Assembly: GCA_963813155.1 (NCBI GenBank)
Contig: CAWEYG010000020.1
Span: 1-32,054, forward strand
DNA length: 32,054 nt
Reading direction: 5' to 3'
From: an uncultured Acidobacteriota bacterium
GTDB lineage: Bacteria; Acidobacteriota; Thermoanaerobaculia; UBA5066; DATFVB01
Positions within the stretch are counted from its first letter, which is position 1. Every line of letters begins with the position of its first letter. Positions 1 to 13,162 of the stretch are shown in pieces. The notes beneath the pieces were generated by a model that was given only the letters and a program-made list of their open reading frames with translations, was not told the DNA's origin and made no database searches. The translations under genes and the position numbers were made by a program.

Positions 1-348
1 GCCAGTTCGCGCTCGACCGGGACCCAGGTCGCGAGCTCGTCGATGTACGCGAGGAAGCCGTCGAGATCCGACATCCGGGCGAGGCCGGCGCGGCGGACGG
101 CGTTCGAGAGAGCCGATTTCAGATCCGGGCGAGCGTCGAGCAGGTGGGTGAGCTCCCGAACGACTTGCGAGTGTGCGGGAGCTCGTATGGCTTTCTCCGG
201 CCGCCCGGCGGAGCCGGCGAGACAGGATCCGACGACCAGCGACAGAATCAGCGGTCCGAGCAATGCGGCGAGAAGTTTCGGCCCCCGCGGAGCCGTCGCC
301 GAGTGCGCAGACCGGAGATCTTCTCGGCGCCATAGGTTCGTTGGGCAT
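1..348 (-). CDS. 5' part of an exported protein running off the left edge, probably with one indel near its start; N-terminus weakly reminiscent of phosphatidylserine decarboxylase-like proteins
   Basis: GAGGAGG SD before ATG at 348. A neighbouring frame reads KLLAALLGPLILSLVVGSC...HSQVVRELTHLLDARPDLKSALSNAV...LDGFLAYIDELATWVPVERE to the edge. The product is a guess from recalled similarity only. Confidence 0.4.
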   Translation of the reverse strand, partial: MPNEPMAPRRSPVCALGDGSAGAETSRRIARTADSVAGRRILSRRLRRAAGESHTSSRTLASRSGAHPPARRSPGSEIGSLERRPPRRPRPDVGSRRLPRVHRRARDLGPGRARTG

Positions 349-430
349 CAAAGCCTCCTCGTGGACTCGAAGAATTCTAGCGGATCGCGGCGGCGGGAGA
401 TCGTCGGGTTGTTGCTGAATTGCGCGCCGG

Positions 431-3141
<2,711 letters not shown>

Positions 3142-3145
<4 letters not shown>

Positions 3146-4743
3146 CGGGGAGCGCTGCTCACGTCGTCCGGAACTCCGTCGGCCTGACGCCAGATGTCGC
3201 GAAGATCCGCGTAGGTCCGGCGCGACTTTTCCGTTTCACCCGATTGAGATTGCGCACGCGCGAGCCCGAACATCGACGTCGCGCGTTGGGGGGCGCGCGC
3301 GAGCGCGGCCTCGAACGCCTTTGCGGCCTCACCCGGCCGTTTCAGGGCGAGCAAGGTCTCGCCGAGCATCTCGTCGGACGGTTTCTCGACGAAAGGAGGC
3401 CCGAACGCCGAAGGAAGCCCGTTTTCCTCCGCGGAGGCCTTGCGAAGGAGGAGGACGGCGTCTTCGGACTTTCCGTCCGCGAGCTCGATCGCGGAGTCGA
3501 GCTCGAGCCGCAGAACCTTCAGCCGCCCGGCGTACATCTTGCCGGCGCTGCCGGGATCTTTCTTCTCGACTTCCGCCCGCGCCTGGTCGAACGCGGCCGA
3601 CGCCTTCCGCAACCCCCTCGTGTCGCCCCGTTTCACGAGCGCGAGCCCCCGAAGGTACTGGAAGGTGAGGCGCGCTTCCGGGGAATTTGTGAGGTCGATC
3701 TCCTTCGGCAGCTCCGGAAGAGCAGATTGCCCGCCGTCGAGCATCCGGAATCCCCACATCTCGACGAAGGATCCGGTCGAAGAGCTGTCCGGATCGAGAT
3801 GGCTTCCGTGATGTCCTTCCGTGGCGGGCCGCGTCGCCTGGGCCAGGCATCCGGAGAGCATGCGGTCGGCGTCGTGAATGCGTCCCTGTTGGAGGTAGCC
3901 GTATTCGAGCCAGAGCGGATAGTGTCCGCACCCGATCTCGGGAAGACCTTTGCGAGCCCGGCCGCCATTCACGACGGCGATGGCTTTCTCGTTCGCCGTC
4001 ACGACATCGTCCCACATGCCGAGCGCGAGAAAGATGTGCGAGCACATGTGCTGCGCATGGCCGGCATCCGGTGCGATCTTCGAGTAGGCCCGCGCGGCCG
4101 GAAGCGCGAGGGGAGCGTGCACGGGGTCGTCGCAGGAGTGGATGAGGTAGTGAGCGATTCCGGGATGTTGCGGGTACCGGTAGAACAGCGGTTCGAGGAT
4201 TCCGGCCGCCTTCATGTAGGTAGGAATGTCGCGCCCTTCCTCCGCGGTGCCGAGGAGGGACAGCGCGTAAAACGCGGCCGCGTCCGGATCGTCGGGAAAT
4301 TTCTCCGAAAGGGAGCCCATCGCCTCGGAATAGGCCGTGTCGCGCTCGGCCTTGGTGCCTTTGCCGTAGAGGATCTCGAGCGCGCCCAAGTACGCTTTCT
4401 CACGCGGCGTCGGCGCTTTGGCGAGTCGTCCTTCGGGCGTGGGCGCGAGGCGGTTCAGGATCTCGCGAGCGGCGTCGAGGTCCTGCTGCATCCAGATCGG
4501 GTGATTCTTCGTCATGGCTTCGCCCCAGTAGGCCATGGCGAAGCCGGGGTCGGTCTCTTCCACGCGGCGAAACGCGTCGGCCGCCTGGTCGTATTCGAAG
4601 TTGTGAAGCTGCGCGAGGCCGTAGAGGAATGCTTTTTGCGCGGCCGCCGAACCGGAATTCGGAAACGACAGGCTTCCGACGGTCGGCTCCTGGCCCGCTG
4701 CGCACGTGGCGAACAGCGCGAGCACGATCCAAAATGTCCGCAT
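3142..4743 (-). CDS. Secreted tetratricopeptide-repeat (TPR) protein
   Basis: 533 aa, signal peptide (MRTFWIVLALFATCAAG), TPR-like helices (DPGFAMAYWGEAM; GEAAKAFEAALARAP), HYLIH and HAQHMCSHIF motifs, GGAGG SD. Confidence 0.85.
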
Positions 4744-4802
4744 TTCAGGCCTCCTTCGAAAAATTCGGTTCGTTCACCGGATTCTACCCGGGTGGCAGCG
4801 CC

Positions 4803-7451
4803 TCAGTCGTGGAGTGACGCCGGCCAGTTAAGAACGACCGTGATCGGCGCGATGCGGTCCCTGCCGACCGGGGCGAGAAGAAGAAATCTCAGGCCGTCGC
4901 GGGAGACAAGAAAACTGTTGCGGCGTTGACCGGGGAGCACGTGAGCATCGAAGAGCGGCTGAGGCGCTTCGGCGGTGAATGTCGCGCCCGCCGCGACCGC
5001 GGTCGCCATCATCTTCGAGTCGAGGCCCAGGAAATAGATTGTCTTCCCGTCCGCGCTCCAGTGAGGCTCGATCCCGCCGTTGGCCGAAATCTGCCACTTG
5101 CCTCCCGGCCCAGGGAACTGTTGGACGTAAACCTCCACCCGGCCAGACTCGTTGGACATGTAGGCGACGTAGCGGCCGTCCGGAGAAAAAACCGGAAGCG
5201 CGTCGATGAATGGGCTCTCCACGAAGGGAAAGGGCTTGCTGCCGTCGGCGGGAACGATCCAGATGTCCCACGTGTTCTTCGAGGTCAGTCGATTCACGGC
5301 CAGAAATTTTCCGTCGCGCGACCAGTCGTTCGCGATCAATGTTTCGCCGCACGACCAGAGTTCCTTCTCCGAACCTGTTCCCGTGGCGCCTTTTTCGTAC
5401 AGGCTGGGAGAGCCCTTGCGGTCGGAGGAAAAGACGACTCGGCTGCCGTCGGCGGACCAGACCGGAGACGATTCGTTGCTCGCGTTGAACGTGAAGCGGG
5501 ACGTCACGCCGCGGGCGAGGTCACGGATCCATACCGCGACTTTGTCGCCCTGCGAGTCGCGCTTCGCAATTGCGAGCCGCATGCCGTCGGGCGAGAGCGA
5601 GGTCGTCTGGTTGGGCGCCGGCTTGTCGACTTCCGACAGCTCCTTGCCGTTGCGATCGACCCAGACGAGCCGATTGTCGTTCGTGGCACCGCCGCGGTAA
5701 ACGAGCGCGCCATTGGAGGAAACGGAAAAGTCGGAGAGCCCGTTTGCGGTCGTTCCGATCTGTTCGGCAACGGGCACCGGTTCGCCGGTCGTTTTGAGAG
5801 AGCGCGCGTCGAACGGCTGGGCAACGAGCGTCCCTCCCTTGACGTAGAGAATTCGGCCCGGAGGCGCGTACTGCGCGAGGGAATCGGCGGCTGCGACCAG
5901 GACGGGTTTCTCCCCGGGGTCGAAGCTCGCGGCCATGAGACGGCCCTCCCGCAGCCCTGCGCCGAACTCGAAGTAGAGGAAATGCTTTCCGTCGGGAAGG
6001 AAGCTCGGCCACCCGACGCTCGAGCTGCCTTCGCCTTTGACCGCCGTCTGGGGAACTCCTCCCGTCGCGGAAATCCGCCGGATCGGGTCCGACGATTGGC
6101 CGTCGAAAAGAATGACATTGTCGCGGCCCCACGCGCCGTCGGCGCCGGTCGTCGCGTCGCAAAGCGTCTGTGGCGGCGCCCCGGCGATGTCGACCTTCTT
6201 CAATTTCCCGTCGGCGACAAACCCGATGAACCGGCTGTCGGGCGACCAGAACGGCCGAAAGGAAGCGCCGTCCGTGCCGGGCACCGGGCGGGGTTCGAGC
6301 GCCTCGAGGGGCCGAAGCCAGATCTGTGATTTGCCGCCGGCGCTCGTCGCGGAGAACGCGAGGAGCTTTCCGTCCGGCGAGATCCGCGGCGCTTCGACGA
6401 CGGAGAGCGCGTCGGGGACGACGAGCTGGAACCGTACCGGAGTCGCCGGCACGGGCGTGCGCCGGAAGTAGCCGAAGGCGAAAAGGGCCGCTGCGAGAAA
6501 GAGGAGTCCCGACAATCCCCAGGCAAGCTTCTCGCGCGTCTTCCGGCGCGAAACCACGACCGCGGGAGCTCCCGCCTGCGAGCCGCCCTCCGCGATCCAC
6601 TGGAGCTGGAGCTTTACGTCGTGAGCGGTTTGAAAGCGGTCCTCCGGCTCCTTGGCGAGACAGGTCTGCACGAGCCGGTCGAGCGCCGGAGGAGTCATCG
6701 GCTGGATCGACGAGATCGCCGGCGGCTCGTCTTTCAGGATCGCGCCGATCAGCGAGACGCGGGACTTTCCCGAGAATGCCTTCCGCCCGGTCGCCATTTC
6801 GTACAGGACGCAGCCGAACGCGAAGATGTCCGTCCGGGCGTCGGCTTCCGCTCCCTCGATCTGTTCCGGCGCCATGTACTGGAACGTTCCCATGACGGTG
6901 CCCTTTTCCGTCAGCGGCTGGCTCGGAATTCCCTCGGTCGGAAGGCTCGACATTTCGGAAACGACGCCGGAGGGCGCCGCCATCTTCGCGAGACCGAAAT
7001 CGAGCAGCTTGACGCCCGACTTCGTCAACATGATGTTGCCCGGCTTCAGGTCCCGGTGGACGATACCGCTCCGATGCGCTTTCTCGAGCGCGTCGGCAAT
7101 CTGGATGCCGTAGGCGATGACCTGCTGCGGAGGGAGCGCTCCGTTTTCGAGCTTCTGCGCGAGGGACTCTCCCTCGAGATACTCCATCACGAGGTATTCG
7201 ATGCCCCCCTCGTTGCCAACGTCGTGGAGCGTGCAGATATGCGGATGAGTCAGCTGCGAGATCGCTTTCGCCTCGCGCTCGAACCGCTGCTTGAGCTCGA
7301 GGTTCGCCGCGAACTGCTCCGGCAGGACCTTGATCGCGACGATCCGATCGAGCCGCGTGTCGCGCGCCTTGTAGACCTCGCCCATCCCCCCGGCGCCGAT
7401 CGGCGCAAGGATCTCGTGGGGGCCCAGGCGGGTGCCGTTTGCGAGAGTCAT
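4803..7451 (-). CDS. Hanks-type Ser/Thr kinase with transmembrane helix and C-terminal TolB/PD40-like beta-propeller
   Basis: Intact 882 aa ORF: GAGGMGEVY, VAIK, HRDLKPGN, DFG, APE; TM helix LAWGLSGLLFLAAALFAFGYF; many (W/F)SPDG repeats. Confidence 0.95.
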   Translation of the reverse strand: MTLANGTRLGPHEILAPIGAGGMGEVYKARDTRLDRIVAIKVLPEQFAANLELKQRFEREAKAISQLTHPHICTLHDVGNEGGIEYLVMEYLEGESLAQKLENGALPPQQVIAYGIQIADALEKAHRSGIVHRDLKPGNIMLTKSGVKLLDFGLAKMAAPSGVVSEMSSLPTEGIPSQPLTEKGTVMGTFQYMAPEQIEGAEADARTDIFAFGCVLYEMATGRKAFSGKSRVSLIGAILKDEPPAISSIQPMTPPALDRLVQTCLAKEPEDRFQTAHDVKLQLQWIAEGGSQAGAPAVVVSRRKTREKLAWGLSGLLFLAAALFAFGYFRRTPVPATPVRFQLVVPDALSVVEAPRISPDGKLLAFSATSAGGKSQIWLRPLEALEPRPVPGTDGASFRPFWSPDSRFIGFVADGKLKKVDIAGAPPQTLCDATTGADGAWGRDNVILFDGQSSDPIRRISATGGVPQTAVKGEGSSSVGWPSFLPDGKHFLYFEFGAGLREGRLMAASFDPGEKPVLVAAADSLAQYAPPGRILYVKGGTLVAQPFDARSLKTTGEPVPVAEQIGTTANGLSDFSVSSNGALVYRGGATNDNRLVWVDRNGKELSEVDKPAPNQTTSLSPDGMRLAIAKRDSQGDKVAVWIRDLARGVTSRFTFNASNESSPVWSADGSRVVFSSDRKGSPSLYEKGATGTGSEKELWSCGETLIANDWSRDGKFLAVNRLTSKNTWDIWIVPADGSKPFPFVESPFIDALPVFSPDGRYVAYMSNESGRVEVYVQQFPGPGGKWQISANGGIEPHWSADGKTIYFLGLDSKMMATAVAAGATFTAEAPQPLFDAHVLPGQRRNSFLVSRDGLRFLLLAPVGRDRIAPITVVLNWPASLHD

Positions 7452-7572
7452 CTTGAGTCGATTCGCATTCTAACTTGGATTGCGCACCCGCCTTCCGTTG
7501 GATCCCCGTCCGTCGAAGCAATTGACGGTGTGAGAACCACCGCGTAGAGTACTCGCACCAAAAGGAGAAGCG

Positions 7573-9051
7573 ATGTTGAAGACGCCCCCGCTCTGGTTGT
7601 CGGTCCTTGTCCTGGTCACGGCCCTCGCGGGTACCTCGCGCGCCTCGCAGGTACTGGTGGCAACCGCGAGCCCTTACGATTCGTGCACGAGCGACGACGT
7701 TGGGTCTCAGTCGGGTACCAACTACCCGGACAGCCTCGTGGAGCCGTTCCTCGCGGTCAACCCGACGAACCCAAACAACATTGTCTCCATGCATCAGCAG
7801 GACAGGTACAGCGACGGCGGATCTCGCGGTGACGTCATTGAGGTGAGCACCGACGGAGGTTCGACCTGGACGCAGGTCACCGTCGCCGACATTGCCAATT
7901 GTGACGGCGGCCCGTGGTCGCGCGGGACCGACCCGTGGCTCGCGTTCACCACCAATGGCGACCTCTACCTTGTCAGCCAGTCGTTCAGCGCCTTCAGCAA
8001 CCCGCAGCAGTTGGGCATGATCGCCGCGAGATCGAGCGACGGCGGATTCACCTGGAGCTCTCTTGTGAACGCTGCGGACACCGTCGTGCAGCCGCCGCGT
8101 TTTCCGTATGACGACAAAGTGTCCATGACGGCCGACCCGTACGACCCTTACACGCTTTACATGGTCTGGGACCGCTACGTGCAGCCGCGCTGGGGCTTTG
8201 ACGACTGGCCCGCGCATTTCCGGTACCAGGGACAGTACTCGTCGGTCTATATTTCGAGGACGACCGACGGCGGTCAGACCTGGTCGGTTCCGGCCCCGGT
8301 CTATCGTCCTGGCGGTAACAACTACACGAGCGGTCCCCAGATCGCCGTGCTCCCGGACCGCACGCTCGTGATGGCGGTCAATGTGTCGTTCCTGAAGAAA
8401 TTTGGGAAGAGCAACTACTGGGTTCAGTACATGATGACGAGCCGCTCGAAGGACGGAGGCAACACCTGGTCGACGCCCACCCGCGCATCGGTAGTCAACC
8501 CGGCGGTCGTCTACGCCCCGCCCTACTTCACCTACATTCGCGCCGGCGGCGACGTGGACCCGATCGTGCAACTGACAGCAGACGCCTCGGGACGCCTGCT
8601 GATGACATGGCAGGACGGGGGATTCGGCAAGGCCTCGTCGATCGTCTTCTCCGTTTCGATCGACCGAGGATTTCATTGGACGCCGCCCGTGCCGATCGAC
8701 AAGTCGGGGAGCTGGCCCGCGCTCAATCCGATGATCGCGGTCGCCCCCGACGGCACGATCGGCATTTCCTATTTCGACTACCGTTACAGCGACGGCTCCG
8801 CCGCGCCGGTTTCGGACTGGCTCGTCCGCTGCTCCTCGAACTGCACGAACCCGGCGAACTGGAGCGAGACGTTCCTGGGAGGAGCGACAAATACGACGAA
8901 CTACGATCTCAACAACGCGCCATACGCGGACGGCCTGTTTCTCGGCGACTATCAGGGGCTGACCGCGAACGCGAACGGCTTTCAGGCACTGTACGCTCTG
9001 ACCGGGCCGAGCTACCCGCAAACCCAGCTGTGGTTCACGGCGGCGCCCTGA
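7573..9051 (+). CDS. Secreted BNR/Asp-box (sialidase-like) beta-propeller protein
   Basis: Signal peptide; Asp-boxes STDGGSTW, SSDGGFTW, TTDGGQTW, SKDGGNTW, SIDRGFHW; C-terminal FLGDYQGL; AAGGAG SD. Confidence 0.85.
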   Translation: MLKTPPLWLSVLVLVTALAGTSRASQVLVATASPYDSCTSDDVGSQSGTNYPDSLVEPFLAVNPTNPNNIVSMHQQDRYSDGGSRGDVIEVSTDGGSTWTQVTVADIANCDGGPWSRGTDPWLAFTTNGDLYLVSQSFSAFSNPQQLGMIAARSSDGGFTWSSLVNAADTVVQPPRFPYDDKVSMTADPYDPYTLYMVWDRYVQPRWGFDDWPAHFRYQGQYSSVYISRTTDGGQTWSVPAPVYRPGGNNYTSGPQIAVLPDRTLVMAVNVSFLKKFGKSNYWVQYMMTSRSKDGGNTWSTPTRASVVNPAVVYAPPYFTYIRAGGDVDPIVQLTADASGRLLMTWQDGGFGKASSIVFSVSIDRGFHWTPPVPIDKSGSWPALNPMIAVAPDGTIGISYFDYRYSDGSAAPVSDWLVRCSSNCTNPANWSETFLGGATNTTNYDLNNAPYADGLFLGDYQGLTANANGFQALYALTGPSYPQTQLWFTAAP

Positions 9052-9180
9052 CGAGATCCGCCTTTCGTCTTATCTTGTATTCAAGCGGGTGTCGTTGGCT
9101 TTGTAGACCTAACCCACTCCGCCCGCGCCGATCGGCTCGAGAATCGAACACGGCCCGAGGTTCGTTCTATCTCCATTCCG

Positions 9181-10899
9181 TCAGCGGCTCGGTGTGGCGG
9201 CGGTCCCGGGACCGAGAAGAATCTGTCCCGGCCGGGCGTCGGTGATCTTCCCGCCGTCCACGACGAGCGTTCCGTTCACGGCGACGTACGGAAACCCGCT
9301 CGAGTAATGGAGCGGATCGGTATAGGTCGAATTCACGGCGACCTTTCCGAGATCGAACGTCACGACGTCGGCCGCCATGCCTTCGCGCAGCACGCCCCGG
9401 TCCCAGAGATGCGCCCTCGACGCGGACAGCGAGGTCATCTTCCGGACCGCTTCCTCCAGGGGAAGGAGTTTCTCATCGCGCACGTATTTCGCGAGGATCT
9501 GTGCGGTCGAAGCCCAGCCTCGCGGGTGCGACTTCTCCTGGGAAAAGATTCCGTCTTCGGCCTCCGCGCCCGAGTCGGTGCAGAGCGCCACGAGCCGGTT
9601 CTTCAATGCCATGCGGACGTCGTTTTCGTCCATGATGAAGATGATGTTGGCGGAGTTCGCCTTGTCGGCCAGTACCAGGTCCATCAGCGCGTCGATCGGA
9701 TCCTTCTTTTGAACCTCTGAGATTTGGGCGATCGTCATGCCCTCGTACTTCTTGAGATCCGGGTTGAGCACGGTCGCCAGCATCACTCCCGAGGGGCCTC
9801 CCGCGCCGTAATACTGGTTGGTCCACTCGTCGCTGTCCTTCAGCATGTCCTCGCGCGCGCGAGCCCGCAGCTTCGGATCCTTCAGGCGAGCGAGGAGTTT
9901 TTCGCTTCCGCCCTCCCGGATCCACGGAGGCAGGCAGGCGTCCAGGCCGTTTTCGCCCGCCGTCCACGGGTACTGGTTCGCGGCGACGTCGAGACCTTGC
10001 GCCCGCGCGACTTCCAGTTTTTCGAGCGCATGCGGCATTTTTCCCCAGTTCGGTTTTGAGGCGGTCTTGAAATGCCAGATGTTGGCGGGAATGTTCGCCT
10101 CGCGGGAGATCCGGAACACCTCGTCCATCGAGGAATCAATGCGGTTGGACTCCGATCGCTGGTGGGTGAAATACGTTCCTCCGTATTTCGCCGCGACCTT
10201 CGCCATCGCGATGATCTCCTCGGTCGAGTTGTACATGTCGGGCACGTACTGGAGCGACGTCGAGACGCCGAGCGCGCCTTCGCGCATCGCCTCATCGACG
10301 AGCGCCGCCATCTTCGAGAGCTCTTCGGGCGTTGCGTGCCGGTCCTCTTCGCCGATCACGATCTGTCGGACCGTGCCGAGACCGACGAAAGTCCCCAGAT
10401 TGATCGCCGCTCCCTTTCGCCGGAAGGCGGCGAAGTACCCCGACAACGTCGTCCAGTCCGGGCGGACGCCGTAGTGCTTCCAGACTTCCTCGCCGAGCCC
10501 GATCAGGCGCGCGTTCGTGGGCGCGATCGACTGGCCCTCGCCGGTGACCTCGGTCGTGATTCCCTGCGTGATCTTGGAAGCGGCTCGCGGATCGACGAGC
10601 ACGTTGTATTCCGATTGCCCGAGCAGGTCGATGAACCCGGGCGTGACGACAAGGGCTCGCGCGTCGATGCGCCGCTTCGCGCGCGCCTTGCGCGTTTCGG
10701 AGAGATTCCCGATCTCGGAGATGCGCCCCTGCCGGGCCGCGACGTCGGCGCGGAAACCGGGGCTTCCCGTTCCGTCCACGACGAGGCCCCCTTCGAAGAC
10801 CAGGTCGTCCGGCGGCTCCTCGCAACGCGCGACGCCGCTGAAAAGAAGCAGGAGAGAAACCAGGGCGCCGATCGCCGGGCGACAGAATCCCACCTTCAT
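9181..10899 (-). CDS. Secreted N-acyl-D-amino-acid deacylase (D-aminoacylase)-like amidohydrolase
   Basis: 572 aa, signal peptide, VVDGTGSPGFRADV, PGFID, QGITT, AMREGALGVST, HPRGW, LEEAVRKMTSL, RGVLREGMAAD motifs. Confidence 0.85.
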   Translation of the reverse strand: MKVGFCRPAIGALVSLLLLFSGVARCEEPPDDLVFEGGLVVDGTGSPGFRADVAARQGRISEIGNLSETRKARAKRRIDARALVVTPGFIDLLGQSEYNVLVDPRAASKITQGITTEVTGEGQSIAPTNARLIGLGEEVWKHYGVRPDWTTLSGYFAAFRRKGAAINLGTFVGLGTVRQIVIGEEDRHATPEELSKMAALVDEAMREGALGVSTSLQYVPDMYNSTEEIIAMAKVAAKYGGTYFTHQRSESNRIDSSMDEVFRISREANIPANIWHFKTASKPNWGKMPHALEKLEVARAQGLDVAANQYPWTAGENGLDACLPPWIREGGSEKLLARLKDPKLRARAREDMLKDSDEWTNQYYGAGGPSGVMLATVLNPDLKKYEGMTIAQISEVQKKDPIDALMDLVLADKANSANIIFIMDENDVRMALKNRLVALCTDSGAEAEDGIFSQEKSHPRGWASTAQILAKYVRDEKLLPLEEAVRKMTSLSASRAHLWDRGVLREGMAADVVTFDLGKVAVNSTYTDPLHYSSGFPYVAVNGTLVVDGGKITDARPGQILLGPGTAATPSR

Positions 10900-10958
10900 T
10901 CGGGCCTCCTCGTAGCGGCTAATCTACATCGGACGCCCGGGGAAGAGAGAGGAGGGCT

Positions 10959-11795
10959 TCAGTCGTCGTCGGAGTCGGGTTTGGTCAGCCGGTCGGGATG
11001 ATCTTCCCGGGGCGCGGTCTCGCGGGGCGAGGCGCCGCCCTCGAGCCGGACGCGGATCGAACCATTCACCGTGGACGCCTTGAACACCGAACGGCCGCCG
11101 TTGACCTCGCCCTCGAAACTCTTGATGCCGAGCGCGTGGGCGCGGCTCTGCTTTTCCCCGACTTCCATTGCGCCGTTGATCGTCTCGAGGTTGTACCGAA
11201 GGGAGGCGTCGGAGGGGAATTCCGCCTCGATCGAGCCGTTGACGGTCTCGAGCTTCGTCTCGCGCGAGCTCTGCTGCGAGAGGAAGATCCTGCCGTTGAC
11301 CGTTTCGGCGCTCACCACGGCGTCGATTCCGCGCATGTCGATTCCGCCGTTGACCGTCTCGGCGTGAATTTCGCCGCGCCGCGATCCGATGGAAATCGTT
11401 CCGTTGACGGTTTCGAGCTTGATCGGCGTCGTCGCGGGCATCAGGAGCTCGTAGTCGACGCGGGCGAGGCGCTCCGAGGGAAAGAAGAAGAGAAAAATGT
11501 GGTGCTTGCGCGTGGAAATCGTCTCGATCCGGATCTGGCCGCCCGGCTGGGTCACGCGGATGATCGTGTGCTCGAGCGAGGCCGGCGAGCCGGTCTTCGT
11601 GGCCGTGACCCGGACGTAGTTCCGGTCCCAGCTTCGGACGTTGACTCCGCCATTGACGTTTTCGAGCCGTACCTTCGATACGCCGTCGAGCGAATAAGCC
11701 TTTTCGAATGTTTCCGTTGCGCCGGAGACGACGGCGGTCGCGGCGATCGACGCCAGAACGGCGGCGAGGAGATTTCGGGCGAAGTGGGTTTTCAT
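10959..11795 (-). CDS. DUF4097 (putative adhesin, beta-strand repeat) secreted protein
   Basis: Start at MKTHFARN (GAGG SD), signal peptide, repeated E(T/N)(V/I)NG motifs. Confidence 0.85.
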   Translation of the reverse strand: MKTHFARNLLAAVLASIAATAVVSGATETFEKAYSLDGVSKVRLENVNGGVNVRSWDRNYVRVTATKTGSPASLEHTIIRVTQPGGQIRIETISTRKHHIFLFFFPSERLARVDYELLMPATTPIKLETVNGTISIGSRRGEIHAETVNGGIDMRGIDAVVSAETVNGRIFLSQQSSRETKLETVNGSIEAEFPSDASLRYNLETINGAMEVGEKQSRAHALGIKSFEGEVNGGRSVFKASTVNGSIRVRLEGGASPRETAPREDHPDRLTKPDSDDD

Positions 11796-11835
11796 CGGTG
11801 CCTCGCTTCCACAAACGAGATTGGGGGGGAAAAGT

Positions 11836-12222
11836 TCACGGCATCTCCCGGAATCGCAGCCCCAGGAGCCTGTCGATCGGCCGGGGCCGGTCTCCGTGAC
11901 GAAGCACGAAGACCGCCTCCCAGACGTTCCACCCGGGAACGACAAGCGGCAGGTTCCGGAGGAACGAGCGTATCCAGCCGGGCGGGCGACCCTGTTCGTC
12001 CTCGATTTTGAATCCGAGCCACTTGCGGGAGAATCCTCCCCGGACGTCGCGGGCGAGGAAGACGAGGAGAAAGAGAATGAAGGCGAGAGCGCCGATCTCG
12101 AAGAGCCGGGCATCCGGGAAGAAGAGGAAGGCCAAGCCCGTCGCGACCAGGGCCGGCGCGTCCACGAGGAACGCGATGATCACGGCGTCGAGAGCGAGCG
12201 AAAGCGCGCGGAGTCTTCCCAC
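11836..12222 (-). CDS. RDD-family membrane protein
   Basis: 128 aa: R-x-LSLALD start, hydrophobic helices, RKWLGFKI, RSFLRNL and IDRLLG, typical of the RDD family. Confidence 0.7.
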   Translation of the reverse strand: MGRLRALSLALDAVIIAFLVDAPALVATGLAFLFFPDARLFEIGALAFILFLLVFLARDVRGGFSRKWLGFKIEDEQGRPPGWIRSFLRNLPLVVPGWNVWEAVFVLRHGDRPRPIDRLLGLRFREMP

Positions 12223-12229
12223 CCCGAAG

Positions 12230-13153
12230 ATGCTAGCCGATCTTCACCTTCACTTCGAAGGGTCGGTGCCGCGGGAAACGCTCGTCCGCCTCGCGGGGAA
12301 GAACGAGCACGCGTTCGGGGCCGCCGGCGCGTTCGAGACGGCGCTCGCGCGGTCGCGCCAGGCGGGATCGTTTCTGCGGCTCTTCGCCGATTGCTGCCGC
12401 GTCTTCCAGTCGTCCGGGGACTACGCCGAGGCCGCGGGCGCCGTCGGCCGCGAGCTCGCGCGGGGTTTGAAGCACGCGGAAGTCTACGTCTCGCCCGAGA
12501 TCTGGGCGCGGTTCGGCCTCGACCCCTTTTCCGTGCTGGAACGGGTCGACGCCGCGCTCGCGGAGGTGGAAAACGAGACCGGCGCGCGATTGCTCCTCCT
12601 CCTGGATTCGGTGCGCCAATGGGGGAGCGACGCGGCCGAACGGGTGCTCGACGTCTACGAGAAAACGCGGCTCGCTCGCATCGTCGGCTTCGGGATCGGC
12701 GGCGACGAAGCTTCGGTTCCCGCCGGGGAGTTTCGAAAGGTCTACGAGCGCGCCCGCCGGCTCGGGCTCTCGACGGCGATTCACGCGGGCGAGTGGGCGG
12801 GCCCGGAGTCGGTCGAGGAAGCGCTCGACGAGCTTTCTCCGCAGCGGATCGATCACGGGGTGCGCGCCGTGGAAGACGCGCGCCTGCTCGCCCGGCTCGC
12901 ACGCAGCGGAGTGACGCTGTGCGTGGCGCCGAGCTCGAACGTCGCAACGGGAGTCGCCGCGAGCTGGAAACGGCATCCTCTTCCGCGCCTGCTCGACGCG
13001 GGAGTTTCCGTGTGCCTCTCCGCCGACGATCCCTCGATTTTCGGAACGACGACGATCGAGGAGTATCGTCGCGCGCGGACCGAGCTCGGGCTTTCTGCCG
13101 GCGCGATCGAGGCGATGCAGAAGTGCGCGTGGAAGGCGAGGTTCGGGATGTAG
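12230..13153 (+). CDS. add: Adenosine/adenine deaminase family protein
   Basis: DLHLHFEGS, GFGIGGDE, HAGE, RIDHG, PSSN, SADDP; all metal ligands present. Start placed at MLADLHLH. Confidence 0.85.
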   Translation: MLADLHLHFEGSVPRETLVRLAGKNEHAFGAAGAFETALARSRQAGSFLRLFADCCRVFQSSGDYAEAAGAVGRELARGLKHAEVYVSPEIWARFGLDPFSVLERVDAALAEVENETGARLLLLLDSVRQWGSDAAERVLDVYEKTRLARIVGFGIGGDEASVPAGEFRKVYERARRLGLSTAIHAGEWAGPESVEEALDELSPQRIDHGVRAVEDARLLARLARSGVTLCVAPSSNVATGVAASWKRHPLPRLLDAGVSVCLSADDPSIFGTTTIEEYRRARTELGLSAGAIEAMQKCAWKARFGM

Positions 13154-13162
13154 GTTCGCTCA

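Noticed and set aside
5521-9021. 1166-aa minus-strand ORF
   Set aside because: Arg/Gly-rich shadow frame overlapping the kinase (other frame) and the Asp-box gene (antisense); no motifs; expected at high GC.
9052-9180. AT-richer gap between convergent genes
   Set aside because: No convincing hairpin, repeat or ORF found by eye.
10959-12113. Long N-terminal extensions of the DUF4097 ORF (from 12113) and the deaminase ORF (from 12008)
   Set aside because: They overlap the RDD gene. The signal peptide with SD at 11795 and the HLH motif right after 12230 define better starts.
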